Below, in pieces: positions 47,065-57,034 of a stretch of DNA of 64,000 nt. The notes under the pieces were generated by a model. It saw nothing but the letters and a program-made list of their open reading frames with translations. It was not told the DNA's origin and did no database searches. Numbering within the stretch: the stretch's first letter is position 1; every line of letters begins with the position of its first letter. Position numbers and translations under genes: made by a program. This DNA comes from Myxococcota bacterium (GTDB lineage Bacteria > Myxococcota_A > UBA796 > GCA-2862545), in NCBI GenBank assembly GCA_039208735.1, contig JBCCQY010000001.1:32001-96000 (forward strand), read 5' to 3'.

Positions 47065-48978
47065 GTGCGGAGCCCTCTTCTCGACCTGCAGCCTGTTTCG
47101 AGGTCTGCCAAGCAGGCATTCCTGGAGGGGAGACGTGCGGGGCATCTGCCAAAGCCTCTACGAACGTGTTGGGAACGAATCGCCCATCGGGTCGACCCCT
47201 ACGGACCCGATTCGACGAGGGTGGTCGTCGAAACCGACGTAAGGCAACGCCAAGAGGCGGTAGATCGATGGATCCGCCGCCTGCCTGACGCGTTGGAAGC
47301 CGTCAACCACGAACTCGCCCGACGGCATCACGTGCTGGTCTTCGCTGATGCCGACGGGGTCATTCTGCATCGCACGGGCCAAGGGTGGATCGCTGATCAG
47401 GCGGATGCTGCCTACATTATTCCGGGCTCGATCTGGCACGAAGACCGAAAGGGCACGAACGCGATTGGCACCACGTTGGTGGAACGCCGACCCGTAGCCG
47501 TCCATGCCGCGGCCCATTTCGCCAGTTGCTACCATGACTTTACCTGCTACGCGGCGCCCGTCTTCGACCTTCGCGGTGATCTTCTGGGGGTACTCGACGC
47601 CACGACGGTCGCCGACCGTCGGGAGTCGCTGGGGTGGTTGGCGGTGGTGGCGGCCACTCAGCAGCTCGATCGGTTGGTCCGCCGCACGATGGATGAGCCG
47701 GGTCGTTTGTTGCCATTGTCCTCGATCGAACGACTGCTGAACCGGTTTTCGGGACCGGCGGTGCTGGTCGGCGCGCGGGGCAACGTCCGCGTGGCCAGCG
47801 CCCAGACGGGCCAAGGGCAGTTGCGCGATTTGCGTTCCGTTTGGCCCCGCATCCAACAGGCGGTCACGGCTGGCGAGTCGTCGTTGCCCGCCGAGGCAGG
47901 CGGGACGCTCCAGCTCGAGCCCTTCACCGATCTGGACGGTCAACTCCTGGAAGTCGCGGTGTTCTGGGAGACCGACCGTCCGCGAACGTCGGTCACCGTG
48001 GCGCGAAGAGACCCGTTCGCAGCCTTTGAAAGTCCCGATCCCACGCTGCAAGACGTCTGCCGTCGTGCGCGAACCCTGGCCCCAACCGATCTTCCGCTGA
48101 CGCTGGTGTCGGAGACGGGAACGGGCAAGGAAGTTCTGGCCAACGCGATTCACTCGGCGAGCAAACGGGCTTTAGGGCCCTTCGTACCACTGAACTGCGG
48201 AGCGATTGCGCCAGGCGTCATGGAAAGCGAACTCTTTGGCTATGCGCCAGGAGCGTTCACGGGCGCAGCCAGCGGTGGCCGAGAGGGGTGGTTGGCGCAG
48301 GCCCACGGAGGAACGTTGTTCCTCGACGAAGTGGCCGACATGCCGCCCAGCCTACAATCTGCGTTGCTGCGCTTCCTCGACCGGGGCACCTACCACCGAG
48401 TCGGGGAACAACGCATGCGCCACGCCGACGTTCGGGTGGTGGCAGCGACGAGTCGCGATTTGGCCGGGCTCGTGGATGCCGGAGTGTTTCGGCCCGATCT
48501 CTACTACCGCATCGGTGCGGCCCTGCTCAGGCTGCCTCCCTTGCGACAACGGTCTGATCTCGCCGCCTTCGCTCAGCAGCTTCTCGACCAGGTGTGTGTC
48601 GAGGCTCACGTACCTGTGGCGGTCCTCGCCGATGAGAGCCTCGAGGCGATCGAGACCTACCGATGGCCCGGCAATGTCCGCCAACTCCGCTACGCACTCA
48701 TGCATGCGGTGGCGATGTGCGGCTCGGAAGGGGTGGTCCAGGTTGAGCATCTTCCGGAGTCCATCGCCCTCGCTTCATCGGCCGACTCCGTGGTCGCGTC
48801 GTCTCCAACCCGAGAGGAGGCGACGCGTCAGGCGCTGCTGCGGGCGCTACGCGCGTCTCAAGGCAACATCACGGCCGCTGCGCGCACGCTCGGGGTGGCG
48901 CGCAGCACGGTGTACCGAATGATGGAGCGGTTTGGCGTGGCCCGGCCGACACCCGTCGACACGCGTCGCGACACCTAG
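47065..48978 (+). CDS. GAF-containing sigma-54-dependent Fis-family activator (AcoR-like)
   Basis: GTNAIGT..E, ETGTGKE, ESELFGY..GAFTGA, LFLDEV, WPGNVRQL, C-terminal HTH; start uncertain. Confidence 0.92.
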   Translation: MRSPLLDLQPVSRSAKQAFLEGRRAGHLPKPLRTCWERIAHRVDPYGPDSTRVVVETDVRQRQEAVDRWIRRLPDALEAVNHELARRHHVLVFADADGVILHRTGQGWIADQADAAYIIPGSIWHEDRKGTNAIGTTLVERRPVAVHAAAHFASCYHDFTCYAAPVFDLRGDLLGVLDATTVADRRESLGWLAVVAATQQLDRLVRRTMDEPGRLLPLSSIERLLNRFSGPAVLVGARGNVRVASAQTGQGQLRDLRSVWPRIQQAVTAGESSLPAEAGGTLQLEPFTDLDGQLLEVAVFWETDRPRTSVTVARRDPFAAFESPDPTLQDVCRRARTLAPTDLPLTLVSETGTGKEVLANAIHSASKRALGPFVPLNCGAIAPGVMESELFGYAPGAFTGAASGGREGWLAQAHGGTLFLDEVADMPPSLQSALLRFLDRGTYHRVGEQRMRHADVRVVAATSRDLAGLVDAGVFRPDLYYRIGAALLRLPPLRQRSDLAAFAQQLLDQVCVEAHVPVAVLADESLEAIETYRWPGNVRQLRYALMHAVAMCGSEGVVQVEHLPESIALASSADSVVASSPTREEATRQALLRALRASQGNITAAARTLGVARSTVYRMMERFGVARPTPVDTRRDT

Positions 48979-49009
48979 GCGGTCTATCCAGGGTCGTCTG
49001 GAGAGTTCG

Positions 49010-49459
49010 ATGCTCGGTTGGATTTGGCCCTTGGCCTGGTTTGGCTGTGAGGAGGCCTGCGAGGAGCGTGCTTCGCTGCAGCTGGCCCTAGGGGAGACCC
49101 TGGAGGGCGTATGGGCTTCCTTGCCGGCGGATGGGCCGCGTTTGACGCGCGGTTCGCAGGGGGGACAGCACTTCACGTTGGCCGTCTATGTCGATGGTCT
49201 CGGTGCGGCTCCGGCCCCGTTCGAACTGACCCTTGAGGCCGAGGCCGATCTGGGGGACGGTTGGATGCCCATCGGGGGATGGTCTCGCCCGTTTGAGGAT
49301 CCACGAAAGCGACGCGACCTCGCTCCCGTCGAGTTGCTGGATTTGCTGGTTGTGGTGGACCCCGACCCCATCTTGGGCTCTCGACGCTTCACCGCCCGCA
49401 TCGAAGACGGTTGCGGCCGTCACGCAGACCACACCTTCATGACCAAGGACCAACCATGA
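49010..49459 (+). CDS. Hypothetical lipoprotein
   Basis: MLGWIWPLAWFGC; GSQGGQH motif. Confidence 0.65.
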   Translation: MLGWIWPLAWFGCEEACEERASLQLALGETLEGVWASLPADGPRLTRGSQGGQHFTLAVYVDGLGAAPAPFELTLEAEADLGDGWMPIGGWSRPFEDPRKRRDLAPVELLDLLVVVDPDPILGSRRFTARIEDGCGRHADHTFMTKDQP

Positions 49460-50136
49460 TTCGAATCTCCCTGGCGGCCGCGTTTGCCGTGGCCTGCGCC
49501 GATGGCGGACCGGGCTCCATGCCGCTGCCGTCCGACTACGGCCTTTTTCTGGCGAATGCGCAGATCGAACCTGGTGAGCCGCAGCTCGAGTCAGGGACCG
49601 TCGAAGCGATGTTCGAAGCGGACGATCGACTCGACCTCGAAACGGTACGGGCGGAAGCGCAGACCTACATGACCTCCGAGTTCGGATTCGACCTTGATGA
49701 AGCGCTGGCCACAGGGCGCGTGATGTGGATTGAATCGCGGGTGGACCCTCGTGCCGACTATCGTGTCTTTGCCCTTCCAGATCGCGAGGTCTCGGCCGAG
49801 GGGTGGCGCATTGACGACGCGGCGTTCTCCGCCGTCGTCGTCGATCCCAACGGGCTTCCGCTGGGGGGCGTGTACGAGGGTATGGTCCAGCCCCCAGGCG
49901 TCCTGGGAACGTACGGGTATTACCGCCTTCACGCCGACGAAGGGGAGCCACTCCTGATCCAGTATGAGTCCGACGGCCCGGGAACGGTCGATGCCCTCGG
50001 TCGCGGCTTGTTTCATTGCCGACTGTCCAGTGAGGTGCTTGGAACCGGCCTGGCACGGGTGGTGTACGACGTGACGCAAACTCCCGATGGCGCTGCGATC
50101 TACGACATTGCCAACGTGCAAACCTGGCGGCCGTAA
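49456..50136 (+). CDS. Hypothetical lipoprotein
   Basis: ATGA overlap; lipobox AVAC. Confidence 0.7.
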   Translation: MIRISLAAAFAVACADGGPGSMPLPSDYGLFLANAQIEPGEPQLESGTVEAMFEADDRLDLETVRAEAQTYMTSEFGFDLDEALATGRVMWIESRVDPRADYRVFALPDREVSAEGWRIDDAAFSAVVVDPNGLPLGGVYEGMVQPPGVLGTYGYYRLHADEGEPLLIQYESDGPGTVDALGRGLFHCRLSSEVLGTGLARVVYDVTQTPDGAAIYDIANVQTWRP

Positions 50137-50237
50137 ACCTGCGGAGCCTCGCTGGGTACTGCAATTCACATGGGTTTCATCCGGCCTTCTTCCCCTGTCT
50201 TTGTCGTTCGGCGAAGGCAAGGTTGAGGAGGGAAGCA

Positions 50238-51035
50238 ATGCGTACGTTCGTCTTGGCCGCCACCGTGGCCCTTGCTGGCTGCTACGACTTCGTCGGGGAA
50301 CGCGGCAAGGTTGGATTTGGCACGGACCTCTATGTGCCTGGAGGGATGACCTGGACCCCTCGTACGCCCATTGCCAGTGGCAGTGTGGTAGGGGTTGTCG
50401 CCCTTTGCGCCGTAGATTCGGCCACCGGCGACTGCGAAGGGGAACAGGACATGACGGGCGAGCTGATGGCGCGGGGGATCGATGTAGGCCGCAAGCGGCT
50501 TCCCGAGTGGCAAGAGTCCGTGTTCGCGATCCGCGGGCAGGATGGAGACCGCGGGGTGGTGCGCTACGAAGATGAGGATCGGCACGACCGATTCCGAGTC
50601 CAGTTTTCAGAACCCGTGGCCGCGAGTGTGGTGCCCGAACACTCTGAACAGGATCCTGCTCAGGCGTGGGCGGTGCTTTCCGAAAGGGCCACGCAATTTG
50701 AAGTGTGGCTGACCAACTCCAAGGGGGAGGGATTGGCGTTTCCTGTCGATCAGCTCTGGGTCGACACCGATACCGACTGGACGGTCGAGTGGGAGGAGGG
50801 ACGCCTTTCGGTGGTGCCCAACGGCGAGGACGGGGAGGTCGGTATCGTTCGCATCGGCTTCGACGATCGCATGCTCGGGGAGCTCGAACTCCGGGTGACT
50901 GACCGCGAGGCCATTGACGGATGGGAGGCGGTGGTGTCGGAGGATGCCGATGGACAGCCCTATGTCGAACGGGTCTGGTGGGCCGACGGCTGGCCGGTAG
51001 CCACGTTCATCGAAGGCTCGATGTCGTTGCTCTGA
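50238..51035 (+). CDS. Hypothetical lipoprotein
   Basis: GAGGAGG RBS; canonical lipobox LAGC. Confidence 0.75.
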   Translation: MRTFVLAATVALAGCYDFVGERGKVGFGTDLYVPGGMTWTPRTPIASGSVVGVVALCAVDSATGDCEGEQDMTGELMARGIDVGRKRLPEWQESVFAIRGQDGDRGVVRYEDEDRHDRFRVQFSEPVAASVVPEHSEQDPAQAWAVLSERATQFEVWLTNSKGEGLAFPVDQLWVDTDTDWTVEWEEGRLSVVPNGEDGEVGIVRIGFDDRMLGELELRVTDREAIDGWEAVVSEDADGQPYVERVWWADGWPVATFIEGSMSLL

Positions 51036-51111
51036 ACGCGTGTGGTGTCGCGATCGTTTCCGCCATCCAGGAACCAGACGGTCATGTTAACGGGGCCGGC
51101 ACGGAGGCCGG

Positions 51112-52446
51112 ATGGTCGGGTTGTTGTCCAGGTGTCGTGCTACTCACGGGTCGCGAAGCGCTATTCCCCGCCTCCTGCTGGTTGCGATGTCCGCGTTTGC
51201 GGTGGTGGCCTGTAGCGAAGATCTCAATGACGTAAGCCCAGGTGCCTTTGAACCCAATGCCCCGAACGATGAGGACGCCGACGCCGACGTGGACGCCGAT
51301 GCGGACTCGGACACGGATGCGGACACGGACACCGACACCGGAGCCGAGACGGGGTTTACGGGCGATACCGGTGGACCCACACCCGAAGTGTGTGACGATG
51401 GCCTCGACAATGATGGCAACGGGCTCATCGACTGCCGGGACGAGGCGTGTCAACTCGACGCCGCCTGCCCCGAAACCTGCGACGACGGTCTCGACAACGA
51501 CAGCGACGGGCTGATTGACTGCGCCGACCCGGCGTGCACCAGCAACGCGGTGTGCGGCCCTGAGGTGTGCGACGACGCGGTCGATAACGATGCCGATGGT
51601 CGGACCGACTGTCAGGATGTCGACTGCGACTTTGAGCCTGCGTGTGTCGAAATCTGCGACGATGGCATCGATAACGACGGGGACTACCAGGTCGACTGCG
51701 CCGACACGGTGTGTACGGCTGATCCGGTGTGTGGAGTCGAGGTTTGTGACGACAACGTCGACAACGACGGGGACATCTGGGTGGACTGCTTCGATGTCGA
51801 TTGCGACTTCGACGTCGTGTGCACCGAGATTTGTGGCGATGGCGTCGACAACGATGGCGACTCACGGGTCGATTGTGCCGACAACTTCTGCCAGAACGAC
51901 CCACTTTGCGGTGTCGAGTTGTGCGACGATGGTGTCGACAACGATGGCGACGTTTGGGTCGATTGCCTTGACGTAGACTGTGACTTCGAGCCTGCCTGCG
52001 CCGAGACCTGCGACGATGGCATCGACAACGACGGCGACGCTCGGATCGACTGTGCCGACAACTCTTGCCAAGCCGACCCCGTCTGCGGGGCCGAAGTGTG
52101 CGGCGACGGCATCGATAACGACGGCGACGTTTGGGTTGACTGCTGGGATCTTGACTGTGATTTTGACGTGGCGTGTGCCGAGGTGTGTGGCGACGGCATC
52201 GACAACGACAGCGATGGAAACACAGATTGCGCCGATAATTACTGCACTGGCGACCCCATTTGCGGGGCCGAAGTCTGCGACGACAATGTCGACAACGACG
52301 GGGACAGCCGCACCGACTGTGGCGACCCAGATTGTGACGACGAAGCGGTCTGTGCCGAAATCTGCGATGACGGCATCGACAACGACGGCGATTCCTTCGT
52401 GGATTGCGCGGATCTGTGGTGCGTCGGCGACGCGGCCTGCCCCTAA
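51112..52446 (+). CDS. Lipoprotein with acidic linker and 12 Cys/Asp-rich repeats (E.CDDG.DND.D...DC.D..C.....C)
   Basis: Lipobox VVAC; DADADVDADAD linker; 12 repeats; start uncertain. Confidence 0.85.
   Translation: MVGLLSRCRATHGSRSAIPRLLLVAMSAFAVVACSEDLNDVSPGAFEPNAPNDEDADADVDADADSDTDADTDTDTGAETGFTGDTGGPTPEVCDDGLDNDGNGLIDCRDEACQLDAACPETCDDGLDNDSDGLIDCADPACTSNAVCGPEVCDDAVDNDADGRTDCQDVDCDFEPACVEICDDGIDNDGDYQVDCADTVCTADPVCGVEVCDDNVDNDGDIWVDCFDVDCDFDVVCTEICGDGVDNDGDSRVDCADNFCQNDPLCGVELCDDGVDNDGDVWVDCLDVDCDFEPACAETCDDGIDNDGDARIDCADNSCQADPVCGAEVCGDGIDNDGDVWVDCWDLDCDFDVACAEVCGDGIDNDSDGNTDCADNYCTGDPICGAEVCDDNVDNDGDSRTDCGDPDCDDEAVCAEICDDGIDNDGDSFVDCADLWCVGDAACP
51385..52443 (+). repeat. Coding tandem repeat, alternating 87/90-bp units (177-bp doublets)
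   Basis: 12 units of 29 and 30 aa counted from the translation (last unit 29). Confidence 0.85.
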
Positions 52447-52465
52447 ATGGCGTAGTCCGCTCGGG

Positions 52466-53089
52466 TTAGAGGCAGCTTCCGACGGGGAATGACGGATCGA
52501 TCGCGCGATCCGATGTGCCATTGACGAGGTCGTCGCGGCCGTCTCCGATGGCGTCGCAGTCCTCGACGATGCCACCCGAGTTGAGGACGGCAAACACCTG
52601 GGTCAGTGCGTTTCCGTCGAACCCCTGCCCGCCGGTACACGGGAAAAGGGTGGACACATCGGGCTGGCCAGGCGCCTGGACCCCCGCCTGGAGGGTGCGG
52701 GTCCCGGACCGCAGTTCTCCACACTCGTCCTTTTGGACGACGACGAGGTCGATCGTGTGTTCGTCCGCATACTGCGGTGTGGGATTGCCCGTCTCCTGCG
52801 TGAAGACACGCGCCGTGTCTACGACGAGGTTGGTCGTGAGCGTGAACTGCACGGTGTTGGCATCCATACACGTGGCTTCGGCCGACAAGATCTCCGGCTG
52901 GGGCGGGTCGGCGCACGGGTCGGAGGTGTCGGCGGTGTGACCCGTTGCGTCCGCATCGGTGTCGGCGTCGACATCGGCATCGCTATCCGCGTCGGCGTCC
53001 GCGTCCGCATCGGTTTCGAGCTGCCGGTTGTCTTCAGGGGGATTGGTGGTGGCGGTGCAACCCAATCCAAGGAGCCATACGATCTGCAT
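52466..53089 (-). CDS. Hypothetical lipoprotein with Asp-Ala linker
   Basis: Lipobox GLGC; DADADADADSDADVDADTDAD. Confidence 0.75.
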   Translation of the reverse strand: MQIVWLLGLGCTATTNPPEDNRQLETDADADADADSDADVDADTDADATGHTADTSDPCADPPQPEILSAEATCMDANTVQFTLTTNLVVDTARVFTQETGNPTPQYADEHTIDLVVVQKDECGELRSGTRTLQAGVQAPGQPDVSTLFPCTGGQGFDGNALTQVFAVLNSGGIVEDCDAIGDGRDDLVNGTSDRAIDPSFPVGSCL

Positions 53090-53142
53090 TTACACCCTCC
53101 TAGGCGACCTTAGCCGGGTGATGTCGGACTCGCTGGAGCCTT

Positions 53143-53451
53143 TCAGATCCACTCGAACATGCGGAGCAGCATTGTGGCGATTGAGGCGGTGAAGAGTCCC
53201 AAGAAGTTGATGGGCACTTCGTCGGGGGCCAAGCCCATGCTGAGCGACCAAAACACGCTGGCCGCGACGGTGAGGACGCACCACACAAGCACCGTACCGA
53301 ACCAGCCCCCACCACTTCGGTGCGGCATGTAGGGTTGACCAGCCCAGTCACTCCCGTTGTGGCGCGCTCTGGCGAAGATGGCCACGGCCCAAATGACCAA
53401 CGCAATCCCGAACAGAAGGGCCACGATATCGATGAAGAGTGAGGTTTCCAT
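53143..53451 (-). CDS. Small three-TM membrane protein
   Basis: Three hydrophobic segments in 102 aa. Confidence 0.6.
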   Translation of the reverse strand: METSLFIDIVALLFGIALVIWAVAIFARARHNGSDWAGQPYMPHRSGGGWFGTVLVWCVLTVAASVFWSLSMGLAPDEVPINFLGLFTASIATMLLRMFEWI

Positions 53452-53541
53452 CTCGCGAGGAAGCTACCATACCGATGGACGCGACTCCTCCCGTCGGATC
53501 GGTGTACCGGGCGGCGTCTTGGGCATGGCGAACCGTCGCTT

Positions 53542-54594
53542 CTAATTGCGGAGGACTTCGGCCAACGCAGCGAAGGCACGATCGGCATCATCGATGTTGG
53601 ATGTGGGGCCGAAGCTAAACCGTAGGGTGCCCATTTCACCTGTGCCCAAGGTGGTGTGCGCCCGTGGTGCACACTGAGTTCCGCCGCTCACGACGATGCC
53701 CTGCGCACGAAGGGCCCGCGCGAGTTGGCCTGGCGAGTGGCCCCGTACAGTCAGGCTGCACACGGGCATTCGGGGCCCCGTTCCATATACGGTGACGCCT
53801 CCCAACTGTTGCGCATGCGCCCGAAATCGTGCTTCGATCGCCCGGGTGGCCTCAAGCGGCCGGTGTTCCTGCATGAATCCAAGCCCTGCCGCCAACGCCA
53901 CGAGGGCTGGACGATCCACCGAACCCGTGTCGCAGTAGCCCGGGCGGGTCGCACCGGGTGTATCGAGCCGAACCCCGGGGCGAACGTAGAGCCCGCCTAC
54001 GCCGTAGGGCGCTTGAGGACCTTTGTGGCCCGCGAACGCAAACAGATCGACCTCGAGGTCGGTGAGGGACAATGGGAGCCAACCCGCGGCTTGGGCTCCA
54101 TCCAACAAGCACAAGGCTCCGTGGGCGTGGGCCAACGTCACGACCTCGGCGAAGGGCAAGAGTTCGCCGGTCACATTGGCGGCCATCGACAGTGCCACCA
54201 GCCTCACTCCGCCTGCCTTCAGCTCGGTGGTCAGCACCTCCAAATCGAGCGGACCAGACCCTCGGGGTACCTCGACGATCTCGATCCCTCGGGCTCGAAG
54301 CTTGGCGAGCGGACGCGCGAGGGCGTGGTGTTCCATGGCGCTTGTGAGCACCCGGTCGCCGGGTTGGAGCGGAATATCCGCGATGGCGGTGGCGATGGCG
54401 CTCGTGGCTCCGGGTGTAATGAGCAAGGTGTCGGCCGAGACGTCAAAGGCGTGGGCCACGCGTTCGTGCGCCTCCGCGAAGTCCTGGGCCCAGGTATCGG
54501 GGGAGGCGGCCAAGGCCTCGGCGAACGCCTTCGACACGACCGGGGGTTTGGGCCAGCTCGTGCCCGCGTGATTGAGGTACAGGGAGGCTGCCAT
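53542..54594 (-). CDS. Class V aminotransferase / cysteine desulfurase-family PLP enzyme
   Basis: YLNHAGTSWPKP, MEHHA, DGAQAAG, FAGHKG (PLP Lys), GTQCAP.AH, RFSFG. Confidence 0.9.
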   Translation of the reverse strand: MAASLYLNHAGTSWPKPPVVSKAFAEALAASPDTWAQDFAEAHERVAHAFDVSADTLLITPGATSAIATAIADIPLQPGDRVLTSAMEHHALARPLAKLRARGIEIVEVPRGSGPLDLEVLTTELKAGGVRLVALSMAANVTGELLPFAEVVTLAHAHGALCLLDGAQAAGWLPLSLTDLEVDLFAFAGHKGPQAPYGVGGLYVRPGVRLDTPGATRPGYCDTGSVDRPALVALAAGLGFMQEHRPLEATRAIEARFRAHAQQLGGVTVYGTGPRMPVCSLTVRGHSPGQLARALRAQGIVVSGGTQCAPRAHTTLGTGEMGTLRFSFGPTSNIDDADRAFAALAEVLRN

Positions 54595-54614
54595 GGACGC
54601 AGCCTAGGTCCCCG

Positions 54615-55499
54615 TTAGCCGTTCGCCAAGCGCTGAAGGGTGTCGAACAAAGGTGTGGAGCCACGCGTCAGCGCTTCGCCCTCGGGGTAGGCCACCACCC
54701 CCTCGTCCAGCCCACGATTCATCTCGGCATACAGGGTGGCGTAGTGCCCCGCCCCCTGCGCTTCGAGCATGGGCGTGATGGCATCGTGGGGAAAGGTTTG
54801 AACGGCCACCGATCGGCCCAACACCTCACCCATGACCTTGGCCACGTCCTCCATTGACAGAGGCTTCGGTCCGACCAGGTTGACGATGCGAACCGAGGAT
54901 GCCGCCGGTTGACGTAGGAGTTCGGCCGCGGTGGTTCCGATGTCTTGCGTCGCCACCATTTCGATCGCGTGCTGGGGATTGAAGAACGCGCCAAGTACCC
55001 CTTCGTCCTTGGCCATGGGGAGCGAACCGGCCAGGTTCTCTTGGAAGTAGGCGGGGCGAAGGAACGTCACGCCAGGACGCTCGACCAACGCCGCTTCCAA
55101 AGCACGCAGCGTGCGAATGGGACCCGTTCCGCTCGGTTGATGAGCGGCCACCGACGACAACACCACCACACGGGGCACATCGGCCGCCTTCACCCCTGCG
55201 ACCATCGCTTCCACCATGGGTTGATGGGCGGCAAAGAGGTCGGGCGCCCCCCACACCGGAGGAAGCAGGAGGTAGGCCCCGGCGGCTCCCTCAAGCGTTT
55301 CGCGCACCTTGGCGGCGTCCGTCAGGGATCCTTGCACCACCTCGACCCCTCGTGCCGCCCAAGGAGCCACCTTCTCTGCATTCCGGGCGAGGGTTCGAAC
55401 CGATGCCCCGGCCGCGAGCAGGCGATCTGCCACTACCGACCCCGTATGACCGGTCAGGCCAAAGACGACGTAGACGCTTTGTTCAGGTTTGCCGTTCAT
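54615..55499 (-). CDS. NmrA-family NAD(P)-binding protein
   Basis: VFGLTGHTG, LRPAYFQEN, MVATQDIG. Confidence 0.9.
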   Translation of the reverse strand: MNGKPEQSVYVVFGLTGHTGSVVADRLLAAGASVRTLARNAEKVAPWAARGVEVVQGSLTDAAKVRETLEGAAGAYLLLPPVWGAPDLFAAHQPMVEAMVAGVKAADVPRVVVLSSVAAHQPSGTGPIRTLRALEAALVERPGVTFLRPAYFQENLAGSLPMAKDEGVLGAFFNPQHAIEMVATQDIGTTAAELLRQPAASSVRIVNLVGPKPLSMEDVAKVMGEVLGRSVAVQTFPHDAITPMLEAQGAGHYATLYAEMNRGLDEGVVAYPEGEALTRGSTPLFDTLQRLANG

Positions 55500-55565
55500 G
55501 ATGCCTCCAAGCATGAACGCTTCCTAGGCTCGGTCAATTCATGCGCCCATGAGCAAGCTACGCAT

Positions 55566-56489
55566 ATGGCCATGAGTAAGACGCATGAATGGCCATTTCC
55601 CGATGTTGATCTGAACCTGCTTCCCACGTTGGCCGTGCTGCTTGAGACGTCGAGCGTGACGCAAGCCGCGGCTCAGATGGGGGTGACGCAATCCGCGATG
55701 AGTCGTTCGTTGGGCCGGCTGCGGCGGGCGTTTGGCGATGAGTTGTTGGTCCGGGTGGGGCAGCGCATGCAACGGACGCCCCGGGCGGCGGCTTTGTTGC
55801 CTCAGGTGCATCGGGTGCTCGCCGAGGCGCGTCGGTTGGTGGAGCGCGGCGAGACCTTCGATCCCACCACCGCAAGGTTTACCGCTCGGCTTTCCAGCGC
55901 CGACTACGTCCACCTCGTGTTGATGCCGCCGCTGTTGAAGCGGTTGCAAGAGGAGGCACCGTACGTCTCCATCCGGTTGGTGCCGCAGGCCTTCGAACCC
56001 CGCTACCTCGAGGACGACGAGCTTGATGGGCTGCTCTTTGTCGACGGGCAGCTCTCTGGTTCGGGGCTGATGCGGACCTACCTCTTCACCGAACCGTTCG
56101 TCACGGTGTTGCGAAGCGGGCATCCGGCGCTCGGTGCGTTGTCTCTTGAACGATACGCAGCGTTGAACCATGTGTTGGTGGCTCCCAGCGGCCGACCGGG
56201 AGGCATCGTGGACGATGCTTTGACCGTTTTGGGCCTGCAACGACGGGTCGTCTTGCTGGTGCCTTCCTTTTCGGCTGCGATTGCCGTCGCGGAGTCCACC
56301 GACCTTGTCGTCACGCTCCCAAAACGCGTGGCTCGGGCGACGGCGGTGGGACGGGACGTGGTCGTGTTGCCACCACCCCTTCACCTCAACCCGTTTCGCC
56401 TGGTCTTGTTTTGGCATCGACGTCGGAAGTCCGACCCGGCCCACCGCTGGCTTCGCAAGACCTTAGCGGAGGTGTCAGCTGGGCTTTGA
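55566..56489 (+). CDS. LysR-family regulator (NodD/LeuO/DntR-like)
   Basis: DLNLL..L..LLE..SVTQAA, QSAMSRSLGRLR..FGD.L, W......DPAHRWLR. Confidence 0.93.
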   Translation: MAMSKTHEWPFPDVDLNLLPTLAVLLETSSVTQAAAQMGVTQSAMSRSLGRLRRAFGDELLVRVGQRMQRTPRAAALLPQVHRVLAEARRLVERGETFDPTTARFTARLSSADYVHLVLMPPLLKRLQEEAPYVSIRLVPQAFEPRYLEDDELDGLLFVDGQLSGSGLMRTYLFTEPFVTVLRSGHPALGALSLERYAALNHVLVAPSGRPGGIVDDALTVLGLQRRVVLLVPSFSAAIAVAESTDLVVTLPKRVARATAVGRDVVVLPPPLHLNPFRLVLFWHRRRKSDPAHRWLRKTLAEVSAGL

Positions 56490-56527
56490 ACACTCGTCAG
56501 GAGGTTGAGAGACGGCACCCATTCCCG

Positions 56528-57016
56528 TTAATGAGCCTGGAGCGCCGCCTCATATGCTCGTTCAAGTCGCTCACTGGCCAAGGGACGCGCCAGCGGGATG
56601 TCTGCACCGAGGTGACGGACCCGAAGCTCGTCCATGAGCGCTTCCTGCAGTTCGGTCCCGCCGTCCGCCAGCACCCGTGCACGCACGGACAACAGGTGTG
56701 ACACCGGTAGGTGTGCCGTGCCCCACGTGCCGAGGGCGGTCATCACCGGAACCAGCTGGATCGATGCCTCGGTGAGCGAGTACACCACCCGCTGCCGATG
56801 GGCGGGATCCGGGGCTCCGGTGAGCAGCCCAGCCTCCACCAAAGACTTCAGGCGAGACGCGAGGATGTTGGTCGCGATGCCCTCCTCGGATGCACTGTGG
56901 AGTTCGCCATACGTTCGACGGTCTCCGAACAAGACATCCCGCAGCACCACGAGGCTCCAACCGTCGCCCAGGACCTCGACGGCGAGATTGATGGGACACC
57001 CAGATCGAACCTTCAT
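56528..57016 (-). CDS. HxlR-family winged-helix regulator
   Basis: RSGCPINLAVEVLGDGWSL, EEGIATNILASRL, YSLTE. Confidence 0.92.
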   Translation of the reverse strand: MKVRSGCPINLAVEVLGDGWSLVVLRDVLFGDRRTYGELHSASEEGIATNILASRLKSLVEAGLLTGAPDPAHRQRVVYSLTEASIQLVPVMTALGTWGTAHLPVSHLLSVRARVLADGGTELQEALMDELRVRHLGADIPLARPLASERLERAYEAALQAH

Positions 57017-57034
57017 GCCGGTCTCCGAAAACCG

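Noticed and set aside
51385..52443. Regularly spaced nucleotide repeats resembling a CRISPR array
   Set aside because: In-frame coding repeats with synonymous variation; no constant repeat with unique spacers and no cas genes.
55500..55570. Palindromes (TCATG-N4-CATGA, ATGC-N6-GCAT) between nmrA and lysR
   Set aside because: Probably the ordinary LysR site, but I could not fix a single T-N11-A box confidently; routine arrangement.
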